Shown here in pieces: positions 31,280-41,418 of a stretch of DNA of 64,000 bases. This stretch comes from an uncultured Porphyromonadaceae bacterium. GTDB lineage: Bacteria > Bacteroidota > Bacteroidia > Bacteroidales > Muribaculaceae. The stretch is taken from positions 11,842 through 75,841 of the forward strand of contig CAJKBH010000006.1 in NCBI GenBank assembly GCA_905198125.1, written 5' to 3'. Positions within the stretch are counted from its first letter, which is position 1, and every line of letters starts with the position of its first letter. Below the pieces are notes generated by a model, which worked only from the letters and a program-made list of their open reading frames with translations, made no database searches and was not told the DNA's origin. The position numbers and the translations under genes were made by a program.

Positions 31280-32605
31280 TTAAAACTTAAACTGTAACCG
31301 GAGCTGGATTATGTTGACGTGACGCTTGGGGCTGACGCTCGAGTCGCGCACGTCGGTATAACGCCAGCCTAAACGGGCAAGCATATACTTGTTGAAATAA
31401 TAGTTCAGCGTCACCGAATAGTCGTTGCTGATACCGCCGCGTATGTCCTTATGGCTGGCGTTGGTGTAGTCGTAACCGGCCACAAGCTCCAGGGTCCTGG
31501 GCTTCGGAATGGCGATACCGGCATCCCACGGCGAATAACTGTACTGACTGTCGCCGAGAATAAGGCAGCGCAGCCATGCGTATGCACCCTGCACCTGATA
31601 GGCCGGACGCCCTATGCGGTTGATGTTCATATAGTAATACTGCGACTCCAGGGCCACGCGGTCCTTGCAGAGCAGCAATTCGGGGCTGAGCTTCAGCTGA
31701 TTGCCGGCATCCGTCACATCGGCACCCAGCATCTTCACCTTGACTACGCGCGTCGGGAAGTTGGCACCTAAATTGAATGCGCCGGACTGTGACTTACCGT
31801 CCTCGCCACGCTTGTGCGTCGGGCTTTGATACCACGCGCTCATACCGACCTGCACTATCGCACCGTCGCGGGCTATGGGACGCCATACGAAACGGCCCAC
31901 ACCTCCGATGCTCTGGCGCGTGATGCCGTCGCCGGTCAGGTTGTCGCTGTTGCCGAATATCACGCTCGTGCCCATGAAGAATTTGGGCAGGCTCAGATTG
32001 TACATGATACCGAGGTTACGCCCCGTAGCGGCCAGGTAGTCGTCGGTGGTCGGAGCCTCGAACGCGCTCTTGAACGAGCTGGATGTGGATGACTGCAATC
32101 CGAACTGATGCACGAAGTATCCGCCGCGCACCAGCATCTTGTCGTTGATTCTGTACTGGATGAACACATCCTTGATGCTGAGCTTGAATCCGCCGAAGCC
32201 CACATCCACCTTGGCGTTCCAGTTGCCGTATGCGGCGCTGAGGCCTATACGCATGTCGGGCAGCTGCACGCCGTCGGTAAATCCGTTGCCGTCGGGAGCG
32301 TAGACCGCACCATCGGCAAGGATTCGGGCCATTGGTTTGAAACTGAACTTGGGTTTACCTTCCGAAGTGCGTGCCTCCTCATGGTGCTTCACCGAAGTGC
32401 TCACCACATCAGGATCGCTCATAGGCTCCGTGAGCCAGCTCTTGGATGGTTTCTGAGACTCTGTCACCGTCGGCTCCGCAGTAGCCGCCGGTTCAGCAGT
32501 TGCTACCGGTTCCGGTTCCGGACTTCCGGTCGGCGTATCGGCCGCCGTTGCCGGGAATATGCACAATGCCCCAAGCATCGCGCCTGTGAGTATGAGTGTT
32601 TTCAT
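31280..32605 (-). CDS. Outer-membrane porin, phosphate-selective porin O/P-like
   Basis: Signal peptide, beta-strand-rich, C-terminal ...LQFKF; Pro/Thr-rich linker after signal. Confidence 0.6.
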   Translation of the reverse strand: MKTLILTGAMLGALCIFPATAADTPTGSPEPEPVATAEPAATAEPTVTESQKPSKSWLTEPMSDPDVVSTSVKHHEEARTSEGKPKFSFKPMARILADGAVYAPDGNGFTDGVQLPDMRIGLSAAYGNWNAKVDVGFGGFKLSIKDVFIQYRINDKMLVRGGYFVHQFGLQSSTSSSFKSAFEAPTTDDYLAATGRNLGIMYNLSLPKFFMGTSVIFGNSDNLTGDGITRQSIGGVGRFVWRPIARDGAIVQVGMSAWYQSPTHKRGEDGKSQSGAFNLGANFPTRVVKVKMLGADVTDAGNQLKLSPELLLCKDRVALESQYYYMNINRIGRPAYQVQGAYAWLRCLILGDSQYSYSPWDAGIAIPKPRTLELVAGYDYTNASHKDIRGGISNDYSVTLNYYFNKYMLARLGWRYTDVRDSSVSPKRHVNIIQLRLQFKF

Positions 32606-32783
32606 AGTATATGGTTTTATAGTGTACTCAAGATTGAAAATATCCCTACAACTCCACTTATACTATTCCAACACTATCACACCTCTCCTGGTTTATCTTT
32701 TATTTGTTAATTAACAATGCAATAGCCCTTTCTGCAATCGCATATCCCCGCGGTTCCCAAAGGAATGACAGCCGGGATGGTTC

Positions 32784-32872
32784 CTTCGGCGCGGAGCCGT
32801 TCTGTTCCGGGGCGTAGCCGTTCTGCTTTTTTGTTTTCTTCGGCGCGGAGCCGTTCTGTTCCGGGGCGTAGC
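32784..32872. repeat. 35-bp direct repeat x2 (32784-32818 and 32838-32872) carrying the REP-like 19-mer gcgcggagccgttctgttc
   Basis: Perfect 35-nt copies separated by 19 nt; shares 18/19 nt with motif at 4974-4992 upstream of the RAYT-like gene. Confidence 0.8.
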
Positions 32873-32948
32873 GCCGGCTTAGATACGACCGAGGGTGTGT
32901 CAACGCGAATTGACACACCCTCTGTAGGATATTGCACGCCGAGGCGTA

Positions 32949-33296
32949 TTATTTCTTAACTTTGTCGCAGATGGCCTTGAAGGCTGCGGGATGGTTCACG
33001 GCCAGCTCGGCCAGAGCCTTGCGGTTGATCTCGATACCGGCTGCGTGGATCAGACCCATGAGCTTGCTGTAGCTCAGGTCCTCCAGGCGGGCTGCGGCGT
33101 TGATACGCTGGATCCACAGGGCGCGGAAGTTGCGCTTCTTCTGCTTGCGATCACGGTAGGCGTAGGTCAGACCCTTCTCCCAGGTGTTCTTGGCCACCGT
33201 CCACACGTTGCGACGGCTACCATAGTAACCGCGCGTCAGTTTCAATATCTTCTTTCTCTTGGCACGTGAAGCCACGTGATTTACTGATCTTGGCAT
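32949..33296 (-). CDS. rplT: 50S ribosomal protein L20
   Basis: [20 protein letters not shown]-terminus; start set at internal Met. Confidence 0.92.
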   Translation of the reverse strand: MPRSVNHVASRAKRKKILKLTRGYYGSRRNVWTVAKNTWEKGLTYAYRDRKQKKRNFRALWIQRINAAARLEDLSYSKLMGLIHAAGIEINRKALAELAVNHPAAFKAICDKVKK

Positions 33297-33412
33297 CTTT
33301 TTTTTCTGTTTTTGAAATCCAGCGGCTTTATTCACTCTTTATATGCTGGAGTTTCGGTTAATAAATTTTTAATACGGGGCAAGGGCGCTGCCGGCCCGGG
33401 CCCGGTGCGATC

Positions 33413-33610
33413 TTAACGAAGGTTCAGGAGGTCGCGTACCTGCTTGAGGTTGGCGCTTGCCACCAGTCCCGTGTGGTCCAGGTTGCGCTTGCGCTTCTTC
33501 GATTTCTTCGTCAGGATGTGGCTGTGATAAGCGTGCTTACGCTTGATCTTTCCCGTGCCGGTGAGCGCAAAGCGCTTCTTGGACGCGGCATTGGTCTTTA
33601 CTTTAGGCAT
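33413..33610 (-). CDS. rpmI: 50S ribosomal protein L35
   Basis: [14 protein letters not shown], 65 aa. Confidence 0.92.
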   Translation of the reverse strand: MPKVKTNAASKKRFALTGTGKIKRKHAYHSHILTKKSKKRKRNLDHTGLVASANLKQVRDLLNLR

Positions 33611-33699
33611 TTTGTTTTATTTTTAGTTGTTTTAAACCTCGGCACCGAGTGCCTACGGTCTCTAATTCGTTCAATCGGTTTTCCTGCGCGACGGGCTTG

Positions 33700-34422
33700 T
33701 CACTCGGCTGCGTCGGGAGTCTCCTCGCTGTCGCTCACCTCCGGCTTCGGAGCCTCGGCGGGTTTCTGGGCCTCGGCGCGCTTGTCCTTGCGGAGCTCGC
33801 CGGCCTGCTTCTCTTTCTTGGGCGCGGCTTTCAGGGGCGTGATCATGATGGTCATACGCTTGCCTTCCAGCACCGGCATCATCTCCACCTTGCCCAGATC
33901 CTCCAGGTCGTTGGCGAAACGCAGCAACAACACCTCGCCCTGCTCCTTGAACAGGATGGAACGGCCGCGGAAGAACACGTAGGCCTTCACTTTCGACCCC
34001 TCCTTCAGGAATCCCTGGGCATGCTTCAGCTTGAAGTTATAGTCGTGGTCGTCGGTCTGGGGTCCGAAACGGATCTCCTTCACCACCACCTTCGTAGCCT
34101 TCTGCTTCTGCTCCTTCTGGCGCTTCTTCTGCTGATAGAGGAATTTCTGGTAGTCGATCACACGGCATACAGGGGGTTCGGCCGTGGGTGAGATTTCCAC
34201 GAGATCCAGCTCCTGGCTGCGTGCTATCTTCAGGGCCTGGGCTATCGGATAGATGCCCTGCTCCACGTTATCGCCCACCAATCGGACTTCGCGTGCGCGG
34301 ATGCGTTCGTTGGTCTGATACGGGTCGTTGCGACGGTCGTCGCGACCGGGTCGCTGACCGGGCCGGGGCTTCGGCCCCATGGGACGCTTCGGTCCCGTGA
34401 ATAATGGTTTTTTCTCCATCAA
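33700..34422 (-). CDS. infC: Translation initiation factor IF-3 (with basic N- and C-terminal extensions)
   Basis: Core [15 protein letters not shown]...EVR; exact start uncertain (IF3 often uses non-AUG start). Confidence 0.85.
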   Translation of the reverse strand: MMEKKPLFTGPKRPMGPKPRPGQRPGRDDRRNDPYQTNERIRAREVRLVGDNVEQGIYPIAQALKIARSQELDLVEISPTAEPPVCRVIDYQKFLYQQKKRQKEQKQKATKVVVKEIRFGPQTDDHDYNFKLKHAQGFLKEGSKVKAYVFFRGRSILFKEQGEVLLLRFANDLEDLGKVEMMPVLEGKRMTIMITPLKAAPKKEKQAGELRKDKRAEAQKPAEAPKPEVSDSEETPDAAE

Positions 34423-34429
34423 CAGGATT

Positions 34430-36367
34430 TTATTGTTTTGTAAACGCCGAAACCTCGTCGTTTATTATCTTAGCGAACTCTGCCACGGGCATCACGCCCA
34501 GGTCGCCCTCGCCGCGCTTGCGCACGGCCACGGTGCCGTCGGCCTGCTCCTTCTCGCCCACAACGATCATATAAGGAATCTTCTTCATCTCGTTGTCGCG
34601 GATCTTGCGGCCCACCTTCTCATTGCGGTCGTCCACTTCGGCGCGTACGTCCATCTCCTCGAGCTGTGCGGCTACCTTATGCGCGTAGTCGTTGTATTTC
34701 TCGGACACGGGAAGCACCACGCACTGTGTGGGTATCAGCCACAGAGGCAGGTTGCCGGCGGTGTGCTCCAGCAGCACGGCCACGAAACGCTCCATCGAGC
34801 CGAACGGCGCGCGGTGTATCATGACGGGACGGTGCTTCTGGTTGTCGGCGCCGGTGAACGTCAGGTCGAAGCGCTCGGGCAGGTTATAGTCCACCTGGAT
34901 TGTACCGAGCTGCCACTTGCGGCCGATGGCGTCGCGCACCATGAAGTCGAGCTTCGGACCGTAGAACGCGGCCTCGCCCTCCACCTGGGTGGCTTTCAGG
35001 CCCTTCTCTGCACAGGCGTCGATGATGGCCTGCTCGGCAAGGTGCCAGTTCTCGTCGCTGCCGATGTACTTGGTCTTGTTCTTCGGGTCGCGCAGCGAAA
35101 TCTGAGCCTCGTAGTTCTGGAAATCAAGGGCACGGAATATGTACAGGATAATGTCCATCACCTTCAGGAACTCCTCCTTGATCTGGTCGGGCGTCACGAA
35201 CAGGTGAGCGTCGTCCTGCGTGAATCCGCGCACACGTGTCAGTCCGTGCAGCTCGCCGCTCTGCTCGTAACGGTAGACGGTGCCGAACTCGGCGAAGCGC
35301 AGGGGCAGGTCGCGGTATGAGCGGGGCGATGTCTTGTAAATCTCGCAGTGGTGCGGGCAGTTCATCGGCTTCAGCAGATACTCCTCGCCTTCCTGGGGCG
35401 TGTGTATGGGCTGGAACGAGTCCTTGCCGTACTTGGCCCAGTGGCCGGAAGTGACGTACAGGGCCTTGTTGCCGATATGCGGGGTGATTACCTGCAGGTA
35501 ACCGTACTTCTTCTGAATCTTGCGGAGGAACTGCTCCAGGCGGTCGCGCAGCGCGGCGCCCTTGGGCAGCCACAGGGGCAGGCCCTGGCCCACCATCGGA
35601 GAGAAGGCGAACAGTTCCATGTCGCGTCCTAAGATGCGGTGGTCACGCTTCTTGGCCTCCTCCAGCAGCACCAGGTATTCGTCCAGCATCTTCTTCTTGG
35701 GGAATGTGATGCCGTACACGCGCACCAGCTGGTTGCGTGTCTCGTCGCCGCGCCAGTATGCGCCGGCCAGCGACATTATCTTGGCGGCCTTGATGGGTGC
35801 GGTGGTCGGGATGTGCGGGCCACGGCACAGGTCGGTAAAGTTGCCCTGGGTGTATGTGGTGATGTGGCCGTCCTCCAGTTCGGAGATAAGCTCGCACTTG
35901 TACTCCTCGCCGCGGTCGCCGAACATCTTCAGTGCATCCTCCTTCGATATGTCGGCACGGACTATCGGCTGCTTCTGGGCAGCCAATTCCAGCATCTTCT
36001 TCTCGATCTTGGGGAAGTCCTCGTCGGTGATCTTGTGCTCGCCCGGATCGATGTCGTAGTAGAAACCGTTCTCGATGGCGGGTCCGATACCGAACTTCAC
36101 GCCGGGATACAGTTCCTGCAGCGCCTCGGCCAGCAAGTGTGCCGAGCTGTGCCAGAAAGCGTGCTTGCCTTCCGGGTCATCCCATTTGAACAGTTCTATC
36201 CTGGCGTCTCCCTGCACCGGACGTGCCAGGTCCCATTCCTCGCCGTTGATTTTAGCAGCCAGAACGTCGGCCGCAAAACGCGGGCTGATGCTCTCGGCTA
36301 TCTGTAACGGAGTGGTCCCCTCGGCGTACTCTCTGACGCCTCCGTCCGGAAATGTAATCTTTATCAT
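34430..36367 (-). CDS. thrS: Threonine--tRNA ligase
   Basis: TGS domain N-terminus, class II aaRS motifs, 645 aa. Confidence 0.95.
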   Translation of the reverse strand: MIKITFPDGGVREYAEGTTPLQIAESISPRFAADVLAAKINGEEWDLARPVQGDARIELFKWDDPEGKHAFWHSSAHLLAEALQELYPGVKFGIGPAIENGFYYDIDPGEHKITDEDFPKIEKKMLELAAQKQPIVRADISKEDALKMFGDRGEEYKCELISELEDGHITTYTQGNFTDLCRGPHIPTTAPIKAAKIMSLAGAYWRGDETRNQLVRVYGITFPKKKMLDEYLVLLEEAKKRDHRILGRDMELFAFSPMVGQGLPLWLPKGAALRDRLEQFLRKIQKKYGYLQVITPHIGNKALYVTSGHWAKYGKDSFQPIHTPQEGEEYLLKPMNCPHHCEIYKTSPRSYRDLPLRFAEFGTVYRYEQSGELHGLTRVRGFTQDDAHLFVTPDQIKEEFLKVMDIILYIFRALDFQNYEAQISLRDPKNKTKYIGSDENWHLAEQAIIDACAEKGLKATQVEGEAAFYGPKLDFMVRDAIGRKWQLGTIQVDYNLPERFDLTFTGADNQKHRPVMIHRAPFGSMERFVAVLLEHTAGNLPLWLIPTQCVVLPVSEKYNDYAHKVAAQLEEMDVRAEVDDRNEKVGRKIRDNEMKKIPYMIVVGEKEQADGTVAVRKRGEGDLGVMPVAEFAKIINDEVSAFTKQ

Positions 36368-36450
36368 TGATAATCAAATATATACATTGTCAATCGGGCA
36401 TCTTCGCCTCGCGAAAATGCCTTTGCGCCCACAAAATTAGGAAATTATTC

Positions 36451-36891
36451 TCAATTTTCCAACATTTCGTCGTCATCATCGTCTTCCCAGTCAAGGAAAT
36501 ATGTCTCAGCGTATTGCGTGTCGTCGCGGAATTCGCTGAGCTTGCGTCCCTCGCGCTTGGTGGGGCGTCCCAGTCCCTTGCGGCGGTCGACGAATCCGGA
36601 AATGCGCGTCATCTCCAGCAATTCATACTGCGACTGCGGCGTGATGTTCTCCAGGTATTCGGGCACTAACTTGGCGCCCAGCCGGTTCTGCGCCAGCTTC
36701 AGCACGCGGAACTTATAGGTGATGGGAGGCTTCTTCACGTCTATCACGTCACCCTCCTTAATGGCGCGGCTGGGCTTGACGGCCACGCCGTTCATGGTGA
36801 CGCGGCCCTTCTTGCATGCCTCCGTGGCCACGGTGCGCGTCTTGAACACGCGCATGGCCCACAGCCATTTGTCTATTCTTGTCTCTGCCAT
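36451..36891 (-). CDS. S4-domain RNA-binding protein (Hsp15-like)
   Basis: RIDKWLWAMRVFKTRTVA S4 motif, acidic C-terminus. Confidence 0.75.
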   Translation of the reverse strand: MAETRIDKWLWAMRVFKTRTVATEACKKGRVTMNGVAVKPSRAIKEGDVIDVKKPPITYKFRVLKLAQNRLGAKLVPEYLENITPQSQYELLEMTRISGFVDRRKGLGRPTKREGRKLSEFRDDTQYAETYFLDWEDDDDDEMLEN

Positions 36892-36906
36892 AATGCTTCG
36901 TTCCCC

Positions 36907-37803
36907 TTACTGAACCTTGACCCGCTGCAGCGTCAGCACCTTCTTGCCCATGGCGTTGAACAACAGCACCTCGACGGGCGACACCGGTCTGGCGGCGGTG
37001 GCTTCCTCCAGGGCCACTATCAGCGACGTCTCGTAGTTCATGTCGGGGCAGGCCATGCGTGTCACGCCTATGGCGCTGAACGATATGGAGTTGGCCTCCT
37101 CCATGTTGATGTCCATACGGCCGTTCAGTATGTTGCAGCCGGTGTTGCCGTGCAGCTTGCCCTCGTCCACGTCTATCATTATCTTCATGTCGGGCACGTC
37201 TATCTTCCGGTCGCCGATGGCGGTGACCTGCCACGTGCCGTTCAGGAAGTCGAAGTTCTGGTGCATCAGCGTCATCACCTTGCGCCCCTCCCTGTCGTAG
37301 AAGTCAAGATAATACTCCGAGCCTGTCACGCCCCATGTGTACCGCACCGTAGCGCCTAAGGCCCGGTTTATCTCGGTGTCGGTCAGACCCTCCTGCGCGC
37401 AGGCCATCATGGTCGTGACCGTATTGTTGAAGCTCAGCGTGGAGTCGGCGGGATTGTACTTATAGGAGGCGTTCAGGGTGTTGCATCCGTTGTTGCCGTA
37501 CACGCGCTTCATGCCCGGCACAAAGCGCAGATACGGAGCCTTCTCGCCCACGGCATCCTTGCCGTACACTTCCTGGATGCTCCAGTCGCCCTTCACCACG
37601 CCCTTCTTGATTTCCTCGGGATTGTACGAGCGGTTGTCGGCATCCGGCGATATTACCTCGCGGTCATGCGGCAGAATCGGTTCCTCGGCCGTGTCCGGGC
37701 CTTGTGTTTTCGCTGATTTGTTAAAAACGCCGCAGGAGGCCATGGCCAACGCCAGCCCCGCGCATATTGCCGTAATCTGAATCTTTCTCATGGTCATATA
37801 CAT
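36907..37803 (-). CDS. META-domain (DUF306/HslJ-like) lipoprotein, tandem META repeats
   Basis: Lipobox LAMASC; two GNxGCN...MAC modules. Confidence 0.7.
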   Translation of the reverse strand: MYMTMRKIQITAICAGLALAMASCGVFNKSAKTQGPDTAEEPILPHDREVISPDADNRSYNPEEIKKGVVKGDWSIQEVYGKDAVGEKAPYLRFVPGMKRVYGNNGCNTLNASYKYNPADSTLSFNNTVTTMMACAQEGLTDTEINRALGATVRYTWGVTGSEYYLDFYDREGRKVMTLMHQNFDFLNGTWQVTAIGDRKIDVPDMKIMIDVDEGKLHGNTGCNILNGRMDINMEEANSISFSAIGVTRMACPDMNYETSLIVALEEATAARPVSPVEVLLFNAMGKKVLTLQRVKVQ

Positions 37804-37806
37804 CTG

Positions 37807-39072
37807 TCATTCCCCCCAGTGCTTGCGCAGGGGATACCTGGTGGGTCGCAACAGCAGCCGCAGCGACGTGGAATAGAACAGGTAGTTCCACGTCCAGTTG
37901 GTAAGCACGCTTAGCTTGTTGCGCATTCCTAATATGGACATCAGATGGATGAACATCCACACGAGCCAGGCGAAGAAGCCGTTGAAGCTGAAGTGCGGCA
38001 GGTCGGCCACGGCCTTTGCCTTTCCGATGGTGGCCATCGAACCCTTGTCGCGGTATCGGAACGGTGTGCGGAACTCGCCGCGGTTCAGGTTCCTGGCCAG
38101 GTTGTTGGCCATCTGCAACGCAGGCTGGGCCATCTGCGGGTCGCCCTTGGGGTGGCCGTCGCGCTGCATCAGGCAGATGTCGCCCACCGCAAACACCGAG
38201 CCGTCAAGTCCCTTGACGCGGTTGTATTCGTCCACCAGCACCCGGTTGCCGTGTCCCACGCATTCCTGCGGAAGACCAGGCATCGGCTCGCCGCGCACGC
38301 CCGCCGTCCATATCAGCGTCTCGTAATATTCCTTCTGTCCGTCTGCAAAGTTAACATATTTATCCGAATAATCCTTAAGAACGGTGTTCAATCGGACATT
38401 CACCATAAGTTTTTTGAGTGTTTTCAGCGCGTATTCCTGCGACTGCGGCCTCATGGCGCCGAGCAGCGATCCGGTGCCTTCCACCAGGGTGATGGTGATG
38501 TCGTCCGGCTCCAGTTCGGGGTATTCCTTTTTCAGGATATACTTCTTCATCTCGCCCAGCGCGCCGGCAATCTCCACGCCGGCCGGACCGCCCCCTACCA
38601 CAAGGAACGTGAGCAGTTCGCGGCGACGCGCCTTGTCCTGACATAACGCTCCGCGCTCGAAGCGGTCCAGTATCTCGTCGCGCGTATGCGCCGCCTCGGC
38701 CACGGTCTTGATGCCGAACGTCTCCTCGGCCAGCGAGTCCATGCCGAAATAATTGTTGGTCGAGCCGGCGGCCAGTATCAGCTTGTCGTATTTTATCGTC
38801 TCGTAGCTGGTGGTCACCTCTTTGGCCGCGACGTCTATGTTCTTGACATGGCCCATGTGATAGCTCACGTTGCGGTGTTTCTTGAACTCGCGCCGGAACG
38901 GGAAGCAGATGTTGGCGCTGGTCAGTCCCGACGACGCTATCTGATAGAACAGCGGCGGGAAACTGTTGAAATTATTTCTGTCCACCAGGCATATCTCGTA
39001 CTTGGCGGGATCCAGCTTCTTGCACAATCTCAATCCCGCGAACCCGCCCCCGATTATCACGATCCTCTCCAT
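37807..39072 (-). CDS. Type II NADH dehydrogenase (NDH-2)
   Basis: Two Rossmann motifs IIGGGFAG and VVGGGPAG, C-terminal membrane anchor. Confidence 0.85.
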   Translation of the reverse strand: MERIVIIGGGFAGLRLCKKLDPAKYEICLVDRNNFNSFPPLFYQIASSGLTSANICFPFRREFKKHRNVSYHMGHVKNIDVAAKEVTTSYETIKYDKLILAAGSTNNYFGMDSLAEETFGIKTVAEAAHTRDEILDRFERGALCQDKARRRELLTFLVVGGGPAGVEIAGALGEMKKYILKKEYPELEPDDITITLVEGTGSLLGAMRPQSQEYALKTLKKLMVNVRLNTVLKDYSDKYVNFADGQKEYYETLIWTAGVRGEPMPGLPQECVGHGNRVLVDEYNRVKGLDGSVFAVGDICLMQRDGHPKGDPQMAQPALQMANNLARNLNRGEFRTPFRYRDKGSMATIGKAKAVADLPHFSFNGFFAWLVWMFIHLMSILGMRNKLSVLTNWTWNYLFYSTSLRLLLRPTRYPLRKHWGE

Positions 39073-39143
39073 AACTTATGTTATTTTCTGCCTTTAAAAC
39101 GGAAATCCATGCTATTATGTTTTGCCATTTGCAGTGGGCGCAG

Positions 39144-39185
39144 GAAACAAAAAAAGGTGTGAGGGAAACTGCGTTCCGACACACC
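39144..39185 (-). terminator. Rho-independent terminator for ECF sigma gene (minus strand)
   Basis: Hairpin ggtgtgagggaa/ttccgacacacc with A-run on plus = U-run on minus. Confidence 0.5.
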
Positions 39186-39242
39186 CCGGCATATATTAAC
39201 CTTCAACCCTTCGTATCCCCGGTGTATATAAGTAAGTTTCTT

Positions 39243-39749
39243 TTATTTGTATTCGCTCAGCATGCTCTGGAGGCGTTTGCGGGCGAAGAAGATGCGGCTC
39301 TTGACCGTGCCGAGGGGCAGACCCATCTTGTCTGCTATCTCGCCATACTTGTAACCGGCAATGTACATGGAGAAAGGCACGCGGTATTCCTGATTGAAGG
39401 CGCCGATGGCCTTGGAAATCTCCTTGACGGCATACGAGCCTTCGGGCGTGGTCAGTCCCGACTCCTGCGAGACATTGAGATGATACAGATCCTCGGTAGT
39501 GTCCACTATCGTAGCGCTACGCGTCTGGCGGCGGTAGTTGTTGATGAAGATGTTGCGCATGATGGTGAACACCCATCCCTTGAAGTTGACGTTGTCAACG
39601 TATTTGGACTGATTGTCTAATACCTTGAGCGTTGTGTCCTGAACCAGATCCTGTGCGGTGTCTCGATTGGCTGTCAGACGGCAGGCGAAGTTGAACAGAT
39701 TTCCCTGCAGTCCTACCAGCTTATCCCGTAATGATAAATTGTCAGCCAT
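39243..39749 (-). CDS. RNA polymerase ECF-type sigma-70 factor
   Basis: Region 2 (DLVQDT), region 4 HTH (GTVKSRIFFARKRL); paralog of 48089-48595. Confidence 0.88.
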   Translation of the reverse strand: MADNLSLRDKLVGLQGNLFNFACRLTANRDTAQDLVQDTTLKVLDNQSKYVDNVNFKGWVFTIMRNIFINNYRRQTRSATIVDTTEDLYHLNVSQESGLTTPEGSYAVKEISKAIGAFNQEYRVPFSMYIAGYKYGEIADKMGLPLGTVKSRIFFARKRLQSMLSEYK

Positions 39750-39967
39750 AGTGGATCGTTTTTAAGATTATACTCCTTAAACAATACACCAGGGCATTTT
39801 GTTTCACATTCTTTATTAATTTTTTAACATATTCCTATCGGTCCAATCATATCCCAATTCCTCTTTACCTATATCCGCAATCAAATCCTGATTTCCATGC
39901 CACCCGCCAATCGGTACGGCCCCAAAATTTGTTTAAAATTCACAGATTTAGTAATTTTGCAGAGATT

Positions 39968-40519
39968 ATGATAACAGCATCAGCGAAAAAGAGAGAGAAC
40001 ATAGCCGAATATCTGCTGTATATGTGGCAGATCGAGGACCTGATACGCGCCTACGGGCTTGACATAGACCGCATTCAGCATGAGATAATAGACCGCTACG
40101 AGGGGCTGACCGACACGCAGCGCCGCGACATGCGCGACTGGTACGAAAGCCTGATAGACATGATGCGCCGCGAGGGCGTGGCCGAACATGGCCACCTGCA
40201 GCTGAACCGCAATACCCTGGCCGACCTGGAGCGTCTGCACCGCCAGCTCCTGTCCGACCCGAAATTCTCGGCCTACTCCAACCAGTACTACGCCACGCTG
40301 CCCCTCATAGTCGAGCTCCGCTCCAAGGCCGGCGACAATAAGAAGGACGAGATCGAGACCCTGTTCGAAGCAATGTACGGTCTGCTGATGCTGCGCATCC
40401 AGCACAAACCCGTGAGCGACGACACCCTTGCCGCCTCCAAACAGATTTCGAAATTCCTTGCCCTTCTCGCCTCATACTATAAAAAGGATTACAACAACGA
40501 GCTTTTCAATCAGGATTGA
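39968..40519 (+). CDS. DUF4924-family protein
   Basis: Conserved Bacteroidales hypothetical; TAATTTTG -7 box at 39952-39959 just upstream. Confidence 0.55.
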   Translation: MITASAKKRENIAEYLLYMWQIEDLIRAYGLDIDRIQHEIIDRYEGLTDTQRRDMRDWYESLIDMMRREGVAEHGHLQLNRNTLADLERLHRQLLSDPKFSAYSNQYYATLPLIVELRSKAGDNKKDEIETLFEAMYGLLMLRIQHKPVSDDTLAASKQISKFLALLASYYKKDYNNELFNQD

Positions 40520-40523
40520 CCCT

Positions 40524-41375
40524 ATGCGAATATTAGTGACAGGAAGCAATGGCCAGCTCGGTCAGTCGCTGCGGCGCGCGTTCGCCGGCGACCCCGACAT
40601 CACGGCACAATACACGGACTACGACACGCTCGACATCACCGACACCGATGCCGTGGCTGCCTATCTTGAGTCCAACCCGGCCGACATCATCATCAACTGC
40701 GCCGCTTACACCGCCGTGGACCGCGCCGAAAGCGACCCCGAAACCGCACGCCGGCTCAACGCCTTGGCCCCCGGCATCTTAGGCAAAGCCGCCTCAAAAG
40801 CCGGAGCCAGGATAATACACGTATCCACCGACTATGTGTTCAACGGCGAGAACTTCAAGCCCTACACCGAGCTGGACGAGGCCGACCCCAAAAGCGTGTA
40901 CGGCCGCACCAAACTCGAGGGCGAGTCGATGGTAAAGGCCGCAAACCATGACGCCGTAGTGATCCGCACCGCATGGCTTTACTCCGAATTCGGCAACAAT
41001 TTCGTGAAGACCATGCTCCGCCTCGGGGCCGAACGAAAGGAAATCTCGGTAGTGGCCGACCAAATCGGAACCCCGACGTACGCACAGGACCTGGCCGATG
41101 CCATATATGCCGTCGTGAAGAATCCTGAATGGCATCCCGGCGTGTATCACTTCACTGACGAGGGTGTCGCATCGTGGTACGACTTCGCCATGGAGATATT
41201 CCGACTCGCCGGCAACACCGACGTGACGGTGCATCCCATCAACACCTCGCAGTATCCCACCGCAGCCAGCCGACCCCACTATTCCGTGCTGGCCAAGGAC
41301 AAGATCAAGTCCGTGTACGGCATCGACATTCCCTACTGGCGCGACTCGCTGATCAAATGTATTAACAATCTCTGA
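40524..41375 (+). CDS. rfbD: dTDP-4-dehydrorhamnose reductase
   Basis: MRILVTGSNGQLG Rossmann, YxxxK (YGRTK) motif. Confidence 0.88.
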   Translation: MRILVTGSNGQLGQSLRRAFAGDPDITAQYTDYDTLDITDTDAVAAYLESNPADIIINCAAYTAVDRAESDPETARRLNALAPGILGKAASKAGARIIHVSTDYVFNGENFKPYTELDEADPKSVYGRTKLEGESMVKAANHDAVVIRTAWLYSEFGNNFVKTMLRLGAERKEISVVADQIGTPTYAQDLADAIYAVVKNPEWHPGVYHFTDEGVASWYDFAMEIFRLAGNTDVTVHPINTSQYPTAASRPHYSVLAKDKIKSVYGIDIPYWRDSLIKCINNL

Positions 41376-41418
41376 TCTGTATTGACAATCTCTGATTTCC
41401 CGAATTCATTTCATCACA

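Noticed and set aside
32784-32872. Possible CRISPR array
   Set aside because: Only two repeat copies with a 19-nt spacer, no cas genes, repeat not palindromic in CRISPR fashion; better explained as REP-like element.
32707-32937. Small ORFs with repeated RPGTERLRAE peptide
   Set aside because: The repeated peptide is just the translation of the 35-bp DNA direct repeat in an intergenic region.
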